Of a stretch of DNA of 64,000 bases, positions 38,528 through 46,943 are shown piece by piece. Where the stretch lies: IMG/VR virus record IMGVR_UViG_3300037400_001617. One strand, 5' to 3'. The translations under genes were made by a program, and so were the position numbers. The notes beneath the pieces are model-generated. The model worked only from the letters and a program-made list of their open reading frames with translations. It searched no databases and was not told the origin of the DNA. The stretch is from a virus (lineage: Duplodnaviria; Caudoviricetes). Within the stretch, counting starts at the first letter, position 1; each line of letters begins with the position of its first letter.

Positions 38528-39667
38528 TTAAATTGTAGGTGGAGTACCAATAACAAAGCCTTGATTCTCCAACCAGTCTTTATCTGTTAACTGAGCTCTA
38601 TCCACAGGAATCTTGAAAAGAGTGTTTCCGTAAGTTTCAATTGACATATTGTTTTTAGTTGCAGCATTGTCATATTCTATATATCGAATAGAGACCTCAC
38701 TAGCATTCTTAAGATAATGCAACAAGTGGTACGGGAAAAACCAACCAGGATTTGGTGATGAGATGTATATATCTATAACATTGAGACTACCATTGACATT
38801 GGAAATCAAATATGCATATGCACTACTGTCACTACTCTTATCAACTATAAGCTTTCCTGTGATCTTACAAAAGTAGAACACTGCAAAAAACATGTAGTAC
38901 TTATTATGATTATTTGTTCCGTTCTCATTGTCAGTTGTCGGTTTCACTTTACCCTCTATATTGAATAAGCAGTTGTTGAACTCCATTCCATCATTCCAAA
39001 CACCGCCAGTTGTTCCATAAAGAAGGCTAGCTTTGAACAGATTGATGAATTTGAAGTTGAACGAACAAGAAGTAGCCGTAGTATATCCACTTGATGTGGC
39101 TATACCAAATATAGCCGAACCACTATCTTTTATAGTAGAATAAGGATCATTGATACTATTGTCAACTACACCAGAAAACTTACAACCACTTACACTGATT
39201 CTAGTTTTGCTTGAATAGGTACAAAATAGATAACAGGAACCGTGTAAGTATACATTCTGAAAGTTCAAGTTTTTGACTTCATCGGCTCGATTTCTATGTT
39301 TAGGAACAGTACCAGTATACTTAGTGCGGCCTATATAGAACAGAATAGAGTTTCTTAAACTAAGTCCTAGGATCGTCCATCCGTTGCCCTCTATAGTTAT
39401 ATATGGCTGACTACCATTTACAGTTAATTGTATGATTCCTTGTTGTCCTAATGTCGATTTGTTGATGTCCACATACCAATCATGATGCCTCATGTCTATT
39501 ACGCGTTGTTCTGGAGGGATGAGGTTTCCGTTTTGATCGTGTGTAGGGAATTCGATATAATGTCTCTCTTCTTCATCTACCTTAGGTGCATTACACTTGT
39601 CAACGAAATTGTCCCAATCTGTTACTCTCCATGGATCTTCTAATGTTCCACTTCCCCATACTGCCAT
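38528..39667 (-). CDS. Beta-helix-like putative adsorption protein, paralog 1
   Basis: WGSGTLEDPWRVTDWD, WTILGLS, CSFNFK, FNNCLFNIEGK, WLENQGFVIGTPP. Confidence 0.65.
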   Translation of the reverse strand: MAVWGSGTLEDPWRVTDWDNFVDKCNAPKVDEEERHYIEFPTHDQNGNLIPPEQRVIDMRHHDWYVDINKSTLGQQGIIQLTVNGSQPYITIEGNGWTILGLSLRNSILFYIGRTKYTGTVPKHRNRADEVKNLNFQNVYLHGSCYLFCTYSSKTRISVSGCKFSGVVDNSINDPYSTIKDSGSAIFGIATSSGYTTATSCSFNFKFINLFKASLLYGTTGGVWNDGMEFNNCLFNIEGKVKPTTDNENGTNNHNKYYMFFAVFYFCKITGKLIVDKSSDSSAYAYLISNVNGSLNVIDIYISSPNPGWFFPYHLLHYLKNASEVSIRYIEYDNAATKNNMSIETYGNTLFKIPVDRAQLTDKDWLENQGFVIGTPPTI

Positions 39668-39685
39668 TTATATCTCTCCTTTCTA

Positions 39686-40558
39686 CTACACGACTACTAC
39701 AGGCTCAGGAAGCGCAACGCTATACTGTCCTGTAGAATATGGTGTTTTATATCTTAATACTACTGTCTTCTCTCCTGGAGAAGTGTTATCGAATTGTACT
39801 ACGCTGAAGTAGTCATTGTTTGCTTCGTATGTATAACTGCCATAGTCTCTACCCATAACAGTCATGTCTAAAGTTACTGACACTTTCATGCCAGCAACAT
39901 CGAAGTCTTCTCCTACATTGTATGTAGTTTTCGTTGGCATCTGTGTAACTCTCGTACTCAATGGCCAATCTTTTACTACACAGTTCTCTGGGAATGAAGT
40001 ATCAGACCTTTTACATTCAGGGTTAAGATACACTTCCAGCATAGCGGGAGTGTCCTTGAATGCCCATTGTCCGATCTCCATTACGGATGGGAAGATGATA
40101 GCTTTGTTGACTACTTGGTTGTTCATGTATGATCCGTATTCCACGAGTTCTGGAAATGCTGCATGGGTTAAGGAGCCGTCTTTGATATACCATATTCCGT
40201 TTACTTCGAGATCTATCTGTGGGATACCATGGTTAGTTAACTCTTTGGTGACTTCACCAGTGATAGGATCAACTGTCTCTTTAATGTACCAATAGCCAGG
40301 TTTATCAACATCCGAATCATCCAACTCTGGAAGTTTGGGGTTGGTGAGCGTTTTAACCGTCTCGTGAGTTTCGGGATCTTCAGCTTCTTTGATATACCAG
40401 AGTTCATTGTTCTGAAGCGATGGATCTGGTAAGTTCTCGAAGTTGTATATATTGACCAGCTCTCCGTCTATTATATACCAATGCGGGAACGACGTATCAT
40501 TCTCGTGTATTCTGTCGGGATCTACTATATCAAGTATCTCTTGTGGAGTTAATGACAT
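39686..40558 (-). CDS. Protein with WYIK repeats, a BspA-type LRR fragment and a bacterial Ig-like domain
   Basis: Four W-Y-I-[IK]...L-[VT]-[NH] repeats; FPSVMEIGQWAFKD; MPTKTTYNVGEDFDVAGMKVSV...FDNTSPGEKTVVLRY. Confidence 0.7.
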   Translation of the reverse strand: MSLTPQEILDIVDPDRIHENDTSFPHWYIIDGELVNIYNFENLPDPSLQNNELWYIKEAEDPETHETVKTLTNPKLPELDDSDVDKPGYWYIKETVDPITGEVTKELTNHGIPQIDLEVNGIWYIKDGSLTHAAFPELVEYGSYMNNQVVNKAIIFPSVMEIGQWAFKDTPAMLEVYLNPECKRSDTSFPENCVVKDWPLSTRVTQMPTKTTYNVGEDFDVAGMKVSVTLDMTVMGRDYGSYTYEANNDYFSVVQFDNTSPGEKTVVLRYKTPYSTGQYSVALPEPVVVV

Positions 40559-40580
40559 CAGGTTATCCTCCTTTCTTAGA

Positions 40581-40627
40581 TTATAGAAATGTTCAGGTGC
40601 TCAAATAGTGGTGAAACATCTGAGTAA
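40581..40627. promoter_or_regulatory. Divergent late-type promoters AACA-TTTCTA-TAA (-, 40581-40593) and AACA-TCTGAG-TAA (+, 40615-40627)
   Basis: Two motif matches. Confidence 0.7.
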
Positions 40628-40657
40628 TATAAGACACCTTGAAAGGAGTGTTGATTT

Positions 40658-41440
40658 ATGCCAATGAATAAGATGAGACTTCTTCTTGATAAGATAGAAA
40701 GAAGACTCGGTACAAGACCTCTTAACCTTCCTAAGGGAGAGGGAATCGATAAAGACTCTTGGGCTGAATGTATTATCAAGCCAGATACACTGGTAACATT
40801 CTCTCGCTTCTTTCCGCATGAAGTTCGCATCATGATAAATGCGAGTCCCGAGAACAAGAGAGACGGCTACTATATGATCGACAGTTCATTAGTAGGAGGA
40901 GTAGAGATCCTGGGAGTAAAGGATATAGCTTGGGATGTCTACGGAAACGATGGACTTGTCCAGCAGTCTGGTATCGGTATGTATGACTATCTCGGAGCAT
41001 ACAATAACTACAGTATGGATGACGTTATGCTGCTGCAGGCTAGAGCAGATATGACATCTGTATTCAACAACAGTATCTTCGTGGAGTTCAAAGAGCCTAA
41101 CATGGTCAAGCTGTCTTCTGTAACTAACGGCGATATCACTGGAGGTCTGAAGGATATTCCTATAGATATCTTCGTTCCACATCCAGACAATCTGATGACT
41201 ATATCTCCTACAATGATGGAGACGTTTGAAAGGTTGGCTATAGATGATGTAGCAAATACACTGGTAGCCTTCTTGAATAACTACTCAGATCTCGAGACAG
41301 TGTTTGCAAGTGTAGACATCAACAAGGTTATGAGTAGACTCGAACAGTTCGCTGCGGATAGAGATGACTGTGTAAGGTATCTTGATGAGACTCATGTCTC
41401 TGCAGCAAACACTAACCAGCCTCTGCTGTACTGTGTATAA
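40658..41440 (+). CDS. Structural protein, possibly neck (T4 gp13-like)
   Basis: N-terminal LLDKIERRLG recalls gp13 ILRRLG; late promoter. Confidence 0.45.
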   Translation: MPMNKMRLLLDKIERRLGTRPLNLPKGEGIDKDSWAECIIKPDTLVTFSRFFPHEVRIMINASPENKRDGYYMIDSSLVGGVEILGVKDIAWDVYGNDGLVQQSGIGMYDYLGAYNNYSMDDVMLLQARADMTSVFNNSIFVEFKEPNMVKLSSVTNGDITGGLKDIPIDIFVPHPDNLMTISPTMMETFERLAIDDVANTLVAFLNNYSDLETVFASVDINKVMSRLEQFAADRDDCVRYLDETHVSAANTNQPLLYCV

Positions 41441-41473
41441 GAAAAAAGAAAGAATGTAGTGAAAGAGATAGAT

Positions 41474-41498
41474 GGGTGAGTGGAAGAACCACTCACCC
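41474..41498. terminator. Hairpin between convergent genes
   Basis: GGGTGAGTGG/CCACTCACCC. Confidence 0.7.
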
Positions 41499-41513
41499 TT
41501 ATCTTTTGAGATA

Positions 41514-41858
41514 TTAGTCCCAGCCGTAGCGATGTGCTCTACGGCGGTCTGCTTCAGCTCTTCTGCGCTGCTTATCGCTAGCGCAAGTCCTTACTAATCT
41601 GTAAGGGTAGGTGTTTGTTGGAGTCTGTACTACTACATAGTAGTACTCTTCATTTACCATTCTTACCCCGCCAGGAATATTTTCCTTAACTTCATCAGGA
41701 AGGTCTGCTCCAGACACTATAGTTAATTCAGAAATAGGCTCTTCGCCTGTAAATTCTGTCTCGTGTCTGAGGGTTCTTCCGAACCTTCTTGCCTCTTCAT
41801 CGGAGATAACTGCCTCTCTCCAGTCTGTGGTTGTAATGTAGTTAATATGATTAATCAT
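41514..41858 (-). CDS. Hypothetical 114-aa protein with Arg-rich C-terminus
   Basis: Start MINHINY after SD AAAGGAG; ends KQRRRAEADRRRAHRYGWD. Confidence 0.7.
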   Translation of the reverse strand: MINHINYITTTDWREAVISDEEARRFGRTLRHETEFTGEEPISELTIVSGADLPDEVKENIPGGVRMVNEEYYYVVVQTPTNTYPYRLVRTCASDKQRRRAEADRRRAHRYGWD

Positions 41859-41879
41859 ATGAACTCTCCTTTCATATAA

Positions 41880-42105
41880 AATGATGGTGGAGACTCCTGA
41901 CAGTCTCCACCGCTTTTCAACTAGACTCCTAACGTACCACCTATTAATCAGGATCATAGGTAGTAGGCTTTGCTCATTAGGAGTACCCATAGCGCTCGAC
42001 TAATAGCTCTTTCTGAGAGCCACTCGAACTATTAGCCGCTCGCACTCTAAATGTGATACAATCATTCGCTCAACTCTTAGAACAGAGAGAACTTAATCTT
42101 CTCAC
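41880..42105 (-). ncRNA. Highly structured leader or ncRNA
   Basis: Four stems of 10-12 bp; four positions pair only as G.U on the minus strand. Confidence 0.6.
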
Positions 42106-42111
42106 ACTATT

Positions 42112-42142
42112 ATAGTATACAGTTGTTTATGATTACTTTTAC
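42112..42142 (-). promoter_or_regulatory. Early-type bipartite promoter GTAAAAGT-N14-GTATACTAT
   Basis: Same architecture at 2176-2206 and 51992-52022. Confidence 0.7.
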
Positions 42143-42204
42143 GTATGTACATCTCTACCCAATCACCAACGATACAGTAATCAAAGAAGAAAGGAGCGTG
42201 CCAT

Positions 42205-43014
42205 ATGCCGCAAGATCTCTTTCGCAACTCTCAGATCTGTTCAATGGTAGCAGAGGGTGAGGTTGCCAATATCTTATCACATTTCGATTCTGATTATGTG
42301 ATGTCTGTAATTCACGATCACTTGGTTAATAGGTTCACCTACTCCAGTGCTGTGATGACTAAGCCAAACATAGTTGTATCATACAATATGACCTTCAGAA
42401 ACCTTGAGCAGATGTATCCTCTCGATGCACAGAACATTCGTGAGGTTGAGCAGGCATCGTATCAGGAGATCATAGATACAATCTGTCAATTCTATGGATT
42501 CCAGTTTGTTCCTCCAGCAGAGGACACTGATCTATTCACTATAGCACTCTATATGTATGAGTGCTTTGTATCAAAGTTCGACGCTTTCGTTTCTCAGTTC
42601 TATGCAAACTTTATCATGCTGAATAAGGATGCTCTTTGGGATGCACTTGAACTGGTGAACTACAAGAAAGATAAAGACGTTACTACAGTATACGGTAAGA
42701 AAGCATATGATGACATTAAGATGGCTATCATTTGTGCGAAGATGAATGAAGTCCTTTATTACCTTAAGGGTCTTGACATTGATCTCCCCACATATCTTCA
42801 GACATGCTATCCTATAGAGTATGCAAATCTCTTAGCAGATCATGTAAAGGGAGAGAACTTCTACGCAACGTTTATAGCAACTGCTATAGATGTACCTTCG
42901 GTAGTGACAGACATCAAACTCAAGATACACAATACATTGTGTACACAGAATGATATCTCTGTACTCATTCCTCAGCCAGAAGAGAATGGAGATACTACAA
43001 GTGAGGAGGAATAA
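42205..43014 (+). CDS. Hypothetical protein
   Basis: 269 aa; SD AAAGGAG; promoter AACG-ATACAG-TAA at 42168-42180. Confidence 0.75.
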   Translation: MPQDLFRNSQICSMVAEGEVANILSHFDSDYVMSVIHDHLVNRFTYSSAVMTKPNIVVSYNMTFRNLEQMYPLDAQNIREVEQASYQEIIDTICQFYGFQFVPPAEDTDLFTIALYMYECFVSKFDAFVSQFYANFIMLNKDALWDALELVNYKKDKDVTTVYGKKAYDDIKMAIICAKMNEVLYYLKGLDIDLPTYLQTCYPIEYANLLADHVKGENFYATFIATAIDVPSVVTDIKLKIHNTLCTQNDISVLIPQPEENGDTTSEEE

Positions 43015-43017
43015 TAA

Positions 43018-44703
43018 ATGCCTAGCAGTAAGAGAGGTTATGAGATAGACTTATCCCATGAGGGTGCATATACTACTGGTGATAAGACTATCTATGATGG
43101 TGCTGACCATTCAGCTGAAGTAGATCTTATCATTGGAGCTCTTGATGAACAGAGGAAACAGAATGCCGACAACCAGGTACTGGATCCTATCATTGGAAGA
43201 GCTCCAGAGATGAAAGGAAACTATAACGGCTTTGCAGCAAACGTTAACCCGTTAGAAGCAGAGAGAATTATCGAAATGGACGAGATGGGAGCTCTCACTA
43301 GTGGAATAGTGAAGGGTCTTCTCAAGAATCCAGACGGAATGTCCATAGAGGATCTCGACTACTTCACAAAAATACAAGAAGCAAACGCAAAGTACAATAA
43401 GGAGGATATGGCAATGGCCGAAATGGAACAGAACATTCAGAAACAGATCAATGCAGAAGGATTCGATACTATGGAGGGCTTTATGGAAGCCAGTATAATG
43501 GCTGACCTTGGTAAGGTAAACTCCAGAATCCAGGATGCAGAAGATCCCAATGCAGTAATTGATGTAGATGAGGAGGTAAAGGAGGACGAGTCCGAAGTGT
43601 TTCCTGAAGAGTCAGTCGACACTGAAGCTACTGAGTTTACTCCTGAAGTCGGCACTGTTGAGAGTCTTGGCGAAGCTATTCAGGTGAATGATGATATGGA
43701 ACCCGTAAAGGTTGCTGAAGAGCAGAAAGCTCCTATAACGGATGAAGATCTCGAGGACGTTCCTGTATCTTCACTCGAAGTTACAGATGAACAGGTTCTT
43801 ACAAACATGCATAACATCGTCGGCGAGGGAATCTCTGATAATGATGCTATGGCTCTCATAGATATTATGAGACGCTACAAAGCAGGAGAGAAGTTCTCTG
43901 TATTCAATGCTCTCCCTGAGTCTATCAAGATTCAGATTCGTAAGTCAGCTTCAGAGACTGGAGAAGCTCCGAGACATGCTATTCTCGAGTTCTTTGCTAA
44001 GAACCTTATCAATGATATCATCTCTGATGCTTTCATGAGTACCGAGATCAATAACTTCCAGGAAGAGTTGAATACATATGCTAAAGCTGCAGGTAATGTA
44101 ACTGGTGTTATCGTCGACTCTTATACCGATGAAGTAAAGGAGAAGTTTGAGACTGGTCTTCTTGAGACAGCCGATAAGATTCAGGAGGCTAATCCTGAGA
44201 AAGCAGAAGAGCTCAGAGAGATCGCTAAGTACTTTCGATACACTCACACTCTCGAACTCGTCAAGAAGCATATCGAGAATGGTGGAGACACTTATCTCAA
44301 CCGCTGCTATAAGAAGTCGCGTAAGATCAAGCAGTACACAGCATCCTTCAATGCTTACTATGAAGGTACTGTACCGAAGATCAGAGACATCGAAACACTT
44401 GCTATCCCCTTCCGTCAGTTAATGGTGGATGAAGAGACAGCTGAGACACTCATAGTAATGCTTGGTGATACTTGCTATGAACAGCCTAAGGGTTCACTCG
44501 TAGGAAATATCTATGCATTCTATCTTCTCACTGGTATAATGAATATCGCTATGTCTGCAGACACTAGTGATACTATCCGTGAGATCAGAAACAATATCGC
44601 TGTTATCGTGTCACAGGTTCGTCAGTTCCTCAACAGAAGACTGAAGGACTCCAAGTACGGCGGTGGTAAGAAGAGAAAGAAGGGTAAGAAAGGGAAGCGT
44701 TAA
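43018..44703 (+). CDS. Hypothetical acidic protein with basic C-terminal tail
   Basis: 561 aa; ends GGGKKRKKGKKGKR. Confidence 0.78.
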   Translation: MPSSKRGYEIDLSHEGAYTTGDKTIYDGADHSAEVDLIIGALDEQRKQNADNQVLDPIIGRAPEMKGNYNGFAANVNPLEAERIIEMDEMGALTSGIVKGLLKNPDGMSIEDLDYFTKIQEANAKYNKEDMAMAEMEQNIQKQINAEGFDTMEGFMEASIMADLGKVNSRIQDAEDPNAVIDVDEEVKEDESEVFPEESVDTEATEFTPEVGTVESLGEAIQVNDDMEPVKVAEEQKAPITDEDLEDVPVSSLEVTDEQVLTNMHNIVGEGISDNDAMALIDIMRRYKAGEKFSVFNALPESIKIQIRKSASETGEAPRHAILEFFAKNLINDIISDAFMSTEINNFQEELNTYAKAAGNVTGVIVDSYTDEVKEKFETGLLETADKIQEANPEKAEELREIAKYFRYTHTLELVKKHIENGGDTYLNRCYKKSRKIKQYTASFNAYYEGTVPKIRDIETLAIPFRQLMVDEETAETLIVMLGDTCYEQPKGSLVGNIYAFYLLTGIMNIAMSADTSDTIREIRNNIAVIVSQVRQFLNRRLKDSKYGGGKKRKKGKKGKR

Positions 44704-44749
44704 TGCTTCCCAAACTATCCTATAATCTATAAATAGGAGGTTCACTTCA

Positions 44750-45172
44750 ATGGTAAACGAAAAAGGTAGCTTAACTTTTCTGAAGACTGATGCACAGTGT
44801 TTCTTTCAGCTTCAGTTAACAGTATGGAACCAAACTCCTAAGGGAGCTAAAGGAACTATCTTTCAGGTAAGTTCGCTCAACGAATATCAGATCGATGTCA
44901 TCAGTGATGAAGCACCTGGTCTGAAGACATACAACTGCAGAATCGTAGGATTCACTATGAGAAATCGTCCTGACTATAAGGGCTTTGTTAACTACGATAA
45001 AGAAACTAACCAGGCTAAGCTTGCAGAAGTAGATACTATCAAGATAGACTACTCCGAGGACGGCAAAGCTGGTGTTACTAGCATCAATGTATGCGACATT
45101 CGTGATATCAGATTAACCTATGCTCCTGGACAGGACTTTGAAGTTATAAGAGATATCAAGGATTTCAGATAA
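44750..45172 (+). CDS. Hypothetical protein (IxIDxS family paralog)
   Basis: IKIDYS...SINVCDIRDI; promoter AACT-ATCCTA-TAA at 44713-44725. Confidence 0.7.
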   Translation: MVNEKGSLTFLKTDAQCFFQLQLTVWNQTPKGAKGTIFQVSSLNEYQIDVISDEAPGLKTYNCRIVGFTMRNRPDYKGFVNYDKETNQAKLAEVDTIKIDYSEDGKAGVTSINVCDIRDIRLTYAPGQDFEVIRDIKDFR

Positions 45173-45184
45173 GGGGTGATTGCG

Positions 45185-45745
45185 ATGGCCAAGTTCTACA
45201 ATGCTGATGGCACTATCACATCTACCGATAAAATCCTTGACGAATACTATAAAAGGAAAGGTACACCGATGGACTATAATGACTATCTCGGCAGTGATGC
45301 ACTTGAAGAGACTTCCAAAGATACAGGTTCTTGGAAGAAGGTAATCACTGGTACAAAAAGAAACAGCGACGGTACACCGAATATGGGTGACGTATCAGAC
45401 GGCTACCATACATTCGATGAACTCTACGAACACAGAAGCATTCTGTTCTTAGCATTACTGCGTTCTATACAGGATGTAAATGAGTTCGCTGAGTATGAAA
45501 GCCTTCATATTTCTGCACATCCATGGTACTCTAAACAGCATGAAGATGGAACTATGTTTCCTGGAATGTTCATTGCTGGTATGAGTACTGATTATGGAAG
45601 TGTAACATATCACTTCGACGAAAAGTATCTCCCCTTATTCGAAAAGGCTGAGATTGAGTACTTGGAGAGAGCACCTAAATGGGACGGCCACACTCCACAG
45701 GATGGACTTGAAGTTATAAAGTCTCTATTCTGTGGAAACGAGTAA
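45185..45745 (+). CDS. WDGH-motif phage protein
   Basis: SDGYHTFDELYEHR, W.SK.H.DG, F.AG, TYH, APKWDGHT. Confidence 0.75.
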   Translation: MAKFYNADGTITSTDKILDEYYKRKGTPMDYNDYLGSDALEETSKDTGSWKKVITGTKRNSDGTPNMGDVSDGYHTFDELYEHRSILFLALLRSIQDVNEFAEYESLHISAHPWYSKQHEDGTMFPGMFIAGMSTDYGSVTYHFDEKYLPLFEKAEIEYLERAPKWDGHTPQDGLEVIKSLFCGNE

Positions 45746-45763
45746 CTAAGAGAGGTTAGTTGT

Positions 45764-45910
45764 ATGGGAATGTATACCGAAGCAGAGATTTCTGCTACTT
45801 TAAGACACATAGATGACGAGCTGCACAATATCAATCTCAATCTTATAGAGTTGATCAAGGCGGTTCGTTCTATAAATGAAACTAAGAAAGAGGTAAACGC
45901 ACATGAATAA
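45764..45910 (+). CDS. Small coiled-coil protein (48 aa, not in ORF track)
   Basis: MGMYTEAEISATLRHIDDELHNINLNLIELIKAVRSINETKKEVNAHE; SD GAGG. Confidence 0.65.
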   Translation: MGMYTEAEISATLRHIDDELHNINLNLIELIKAVRSINETKKEVNAHE

Positions 45911-46784
45911 GAACAACATTTCACCCACAGGCATCATGGCAACTTTTGCCAACATTGTCTCCTTTCTCATAGGAGCATACAACAAGGATAACGAATTCGA
46001 CGTTAAGAAGGACTTCGTTGACCAGGTCAAGGGATACAAGAACTTTCTTGCAGATCAGAACTGGGATGCTACTACTCTTACTGCTGAAGAGATCACTGCA
46101 TTCGGCGGTCTCAGAATAAAACCAGAGGAAGATCTCTTCTTTATTCCTCCTTGGCTCGTAGAGTTCCTTCCTGAGGACTTCCAGCTTATTGACATAGAGC
46201 TTGGTACAAACGCTCACGTTGTAGTAAAGGATATAGACAGGGAAAAGCTCTGGAGCACGGATACAAACGACTACGGTGTCACCAAGTATGCTATTCAGGC
46301 AGTCTCAGAGTCTGACTTTAAGTCAAATAAGGGACTTATGTTCTCTGAAGCTCTTAAGCTGATCACTGATCCTAATAAGGATGGTATGATTATGAGACTT
46401 CCTAACTGGCAGCCCGATGTGTTCATCAAGACTCAGTGGACTGATGAGAACAGTAAGATGACTCATCCTTACCTTTACGTAACCAGCAGATTCGGCTGTG
46501 TTCCGTGGAAGGAAACTGTACCTGAGATGTTCAGCTGTAAGTGGGAAGTATATCAGGAGGACTACTATAACGAAGTAGTAGAAGAGATGAAGAAGCAGAA
46601 GGAAGAGCTCTTCCAGAAGGCTGTACAGCAGAACTTAGCAGCTAACGGTGGTAGGGGTGTAAACGTAGAGCAGATCGGAAAGGATCTTCTTGAGGGACTC
46701 ATGCAGAAGCCTGAAGAGAAGAATGACGGCTGCGAGTGCGATCCTGAAATCGACGCTACTCATTCTGACGAAGTAGATAAATGA
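45903..46784 (+). CDS. Fusion protein containing a DUF2829/Tad2-like domain
   Basis: LMFSEALKL...MRLPNW...FI...PYLYVTSRFGCVPWKETVPEMFSCKWEV (about 46332-46553) follows the DUF2829 pattern F.EAL..R..W..PY..VPW.....D.....W. Confidence 0.65.
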   Translation: MNKNNISPTGIMATFANIVSFLIGAYNKDNEFDVKKDFVDQVKGYKNFLADQNWDATTLTAEEITAFGGLRIKPEEDLFFIPPWLVEFLPEDFQLIDIELGTNAHVVVKDIDREKLWSTDTNDYGVTKYAIQAVSESDFKSNKGLMFSEALKLITDPNKDGMIMRLPNWQPDVFIKTQWTDENSKMTHPYLYVTSRFGCVPWKETVPEMFSCKWEVYQEDYYNEVVEEMKKQKEELFQKAVQQNLAANGGRGVNVEQIGKDLLEGLMQKPEEKNDGCECDPEIDATHSDEVDK

Positions 46785-46911
46785 ATAGCTGAACTGGAGT
46801 CAGGATTCGCTAAGCAAGAGAGCATCGTGACTAACCAGTTCGAAGAAGACTTCTTTTATCCAAGCTTCGACAGTGAGATCACTTCGCAGTTCATCTGACA
46901 AAAAACAAACG

Positions 46912-46933
46912 GGAGGGCGCATAAGCGTCCTCC
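46912..46933. terminator. Bidirectional terminator
   Basis: GGAGGGCGC/GCGTCCTCC with A/T-rich tracts on both sides. Confidence 0.65.
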
Positions 46934-46943
46934 TATATTTTGT

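Noticed and set aside
27619-39667. Diversity-generating retroelement acting on fibre genes
   Set aside because: No reverse transcriptase and no near-identical template/variable repeat pair differing at adenines seen in this window
41859-41990. N-terminal extension of the 41514 ORF in the supplied track
   Set aside because: It runs through the RNA stems with no SD; the SD sits before ATG 41858
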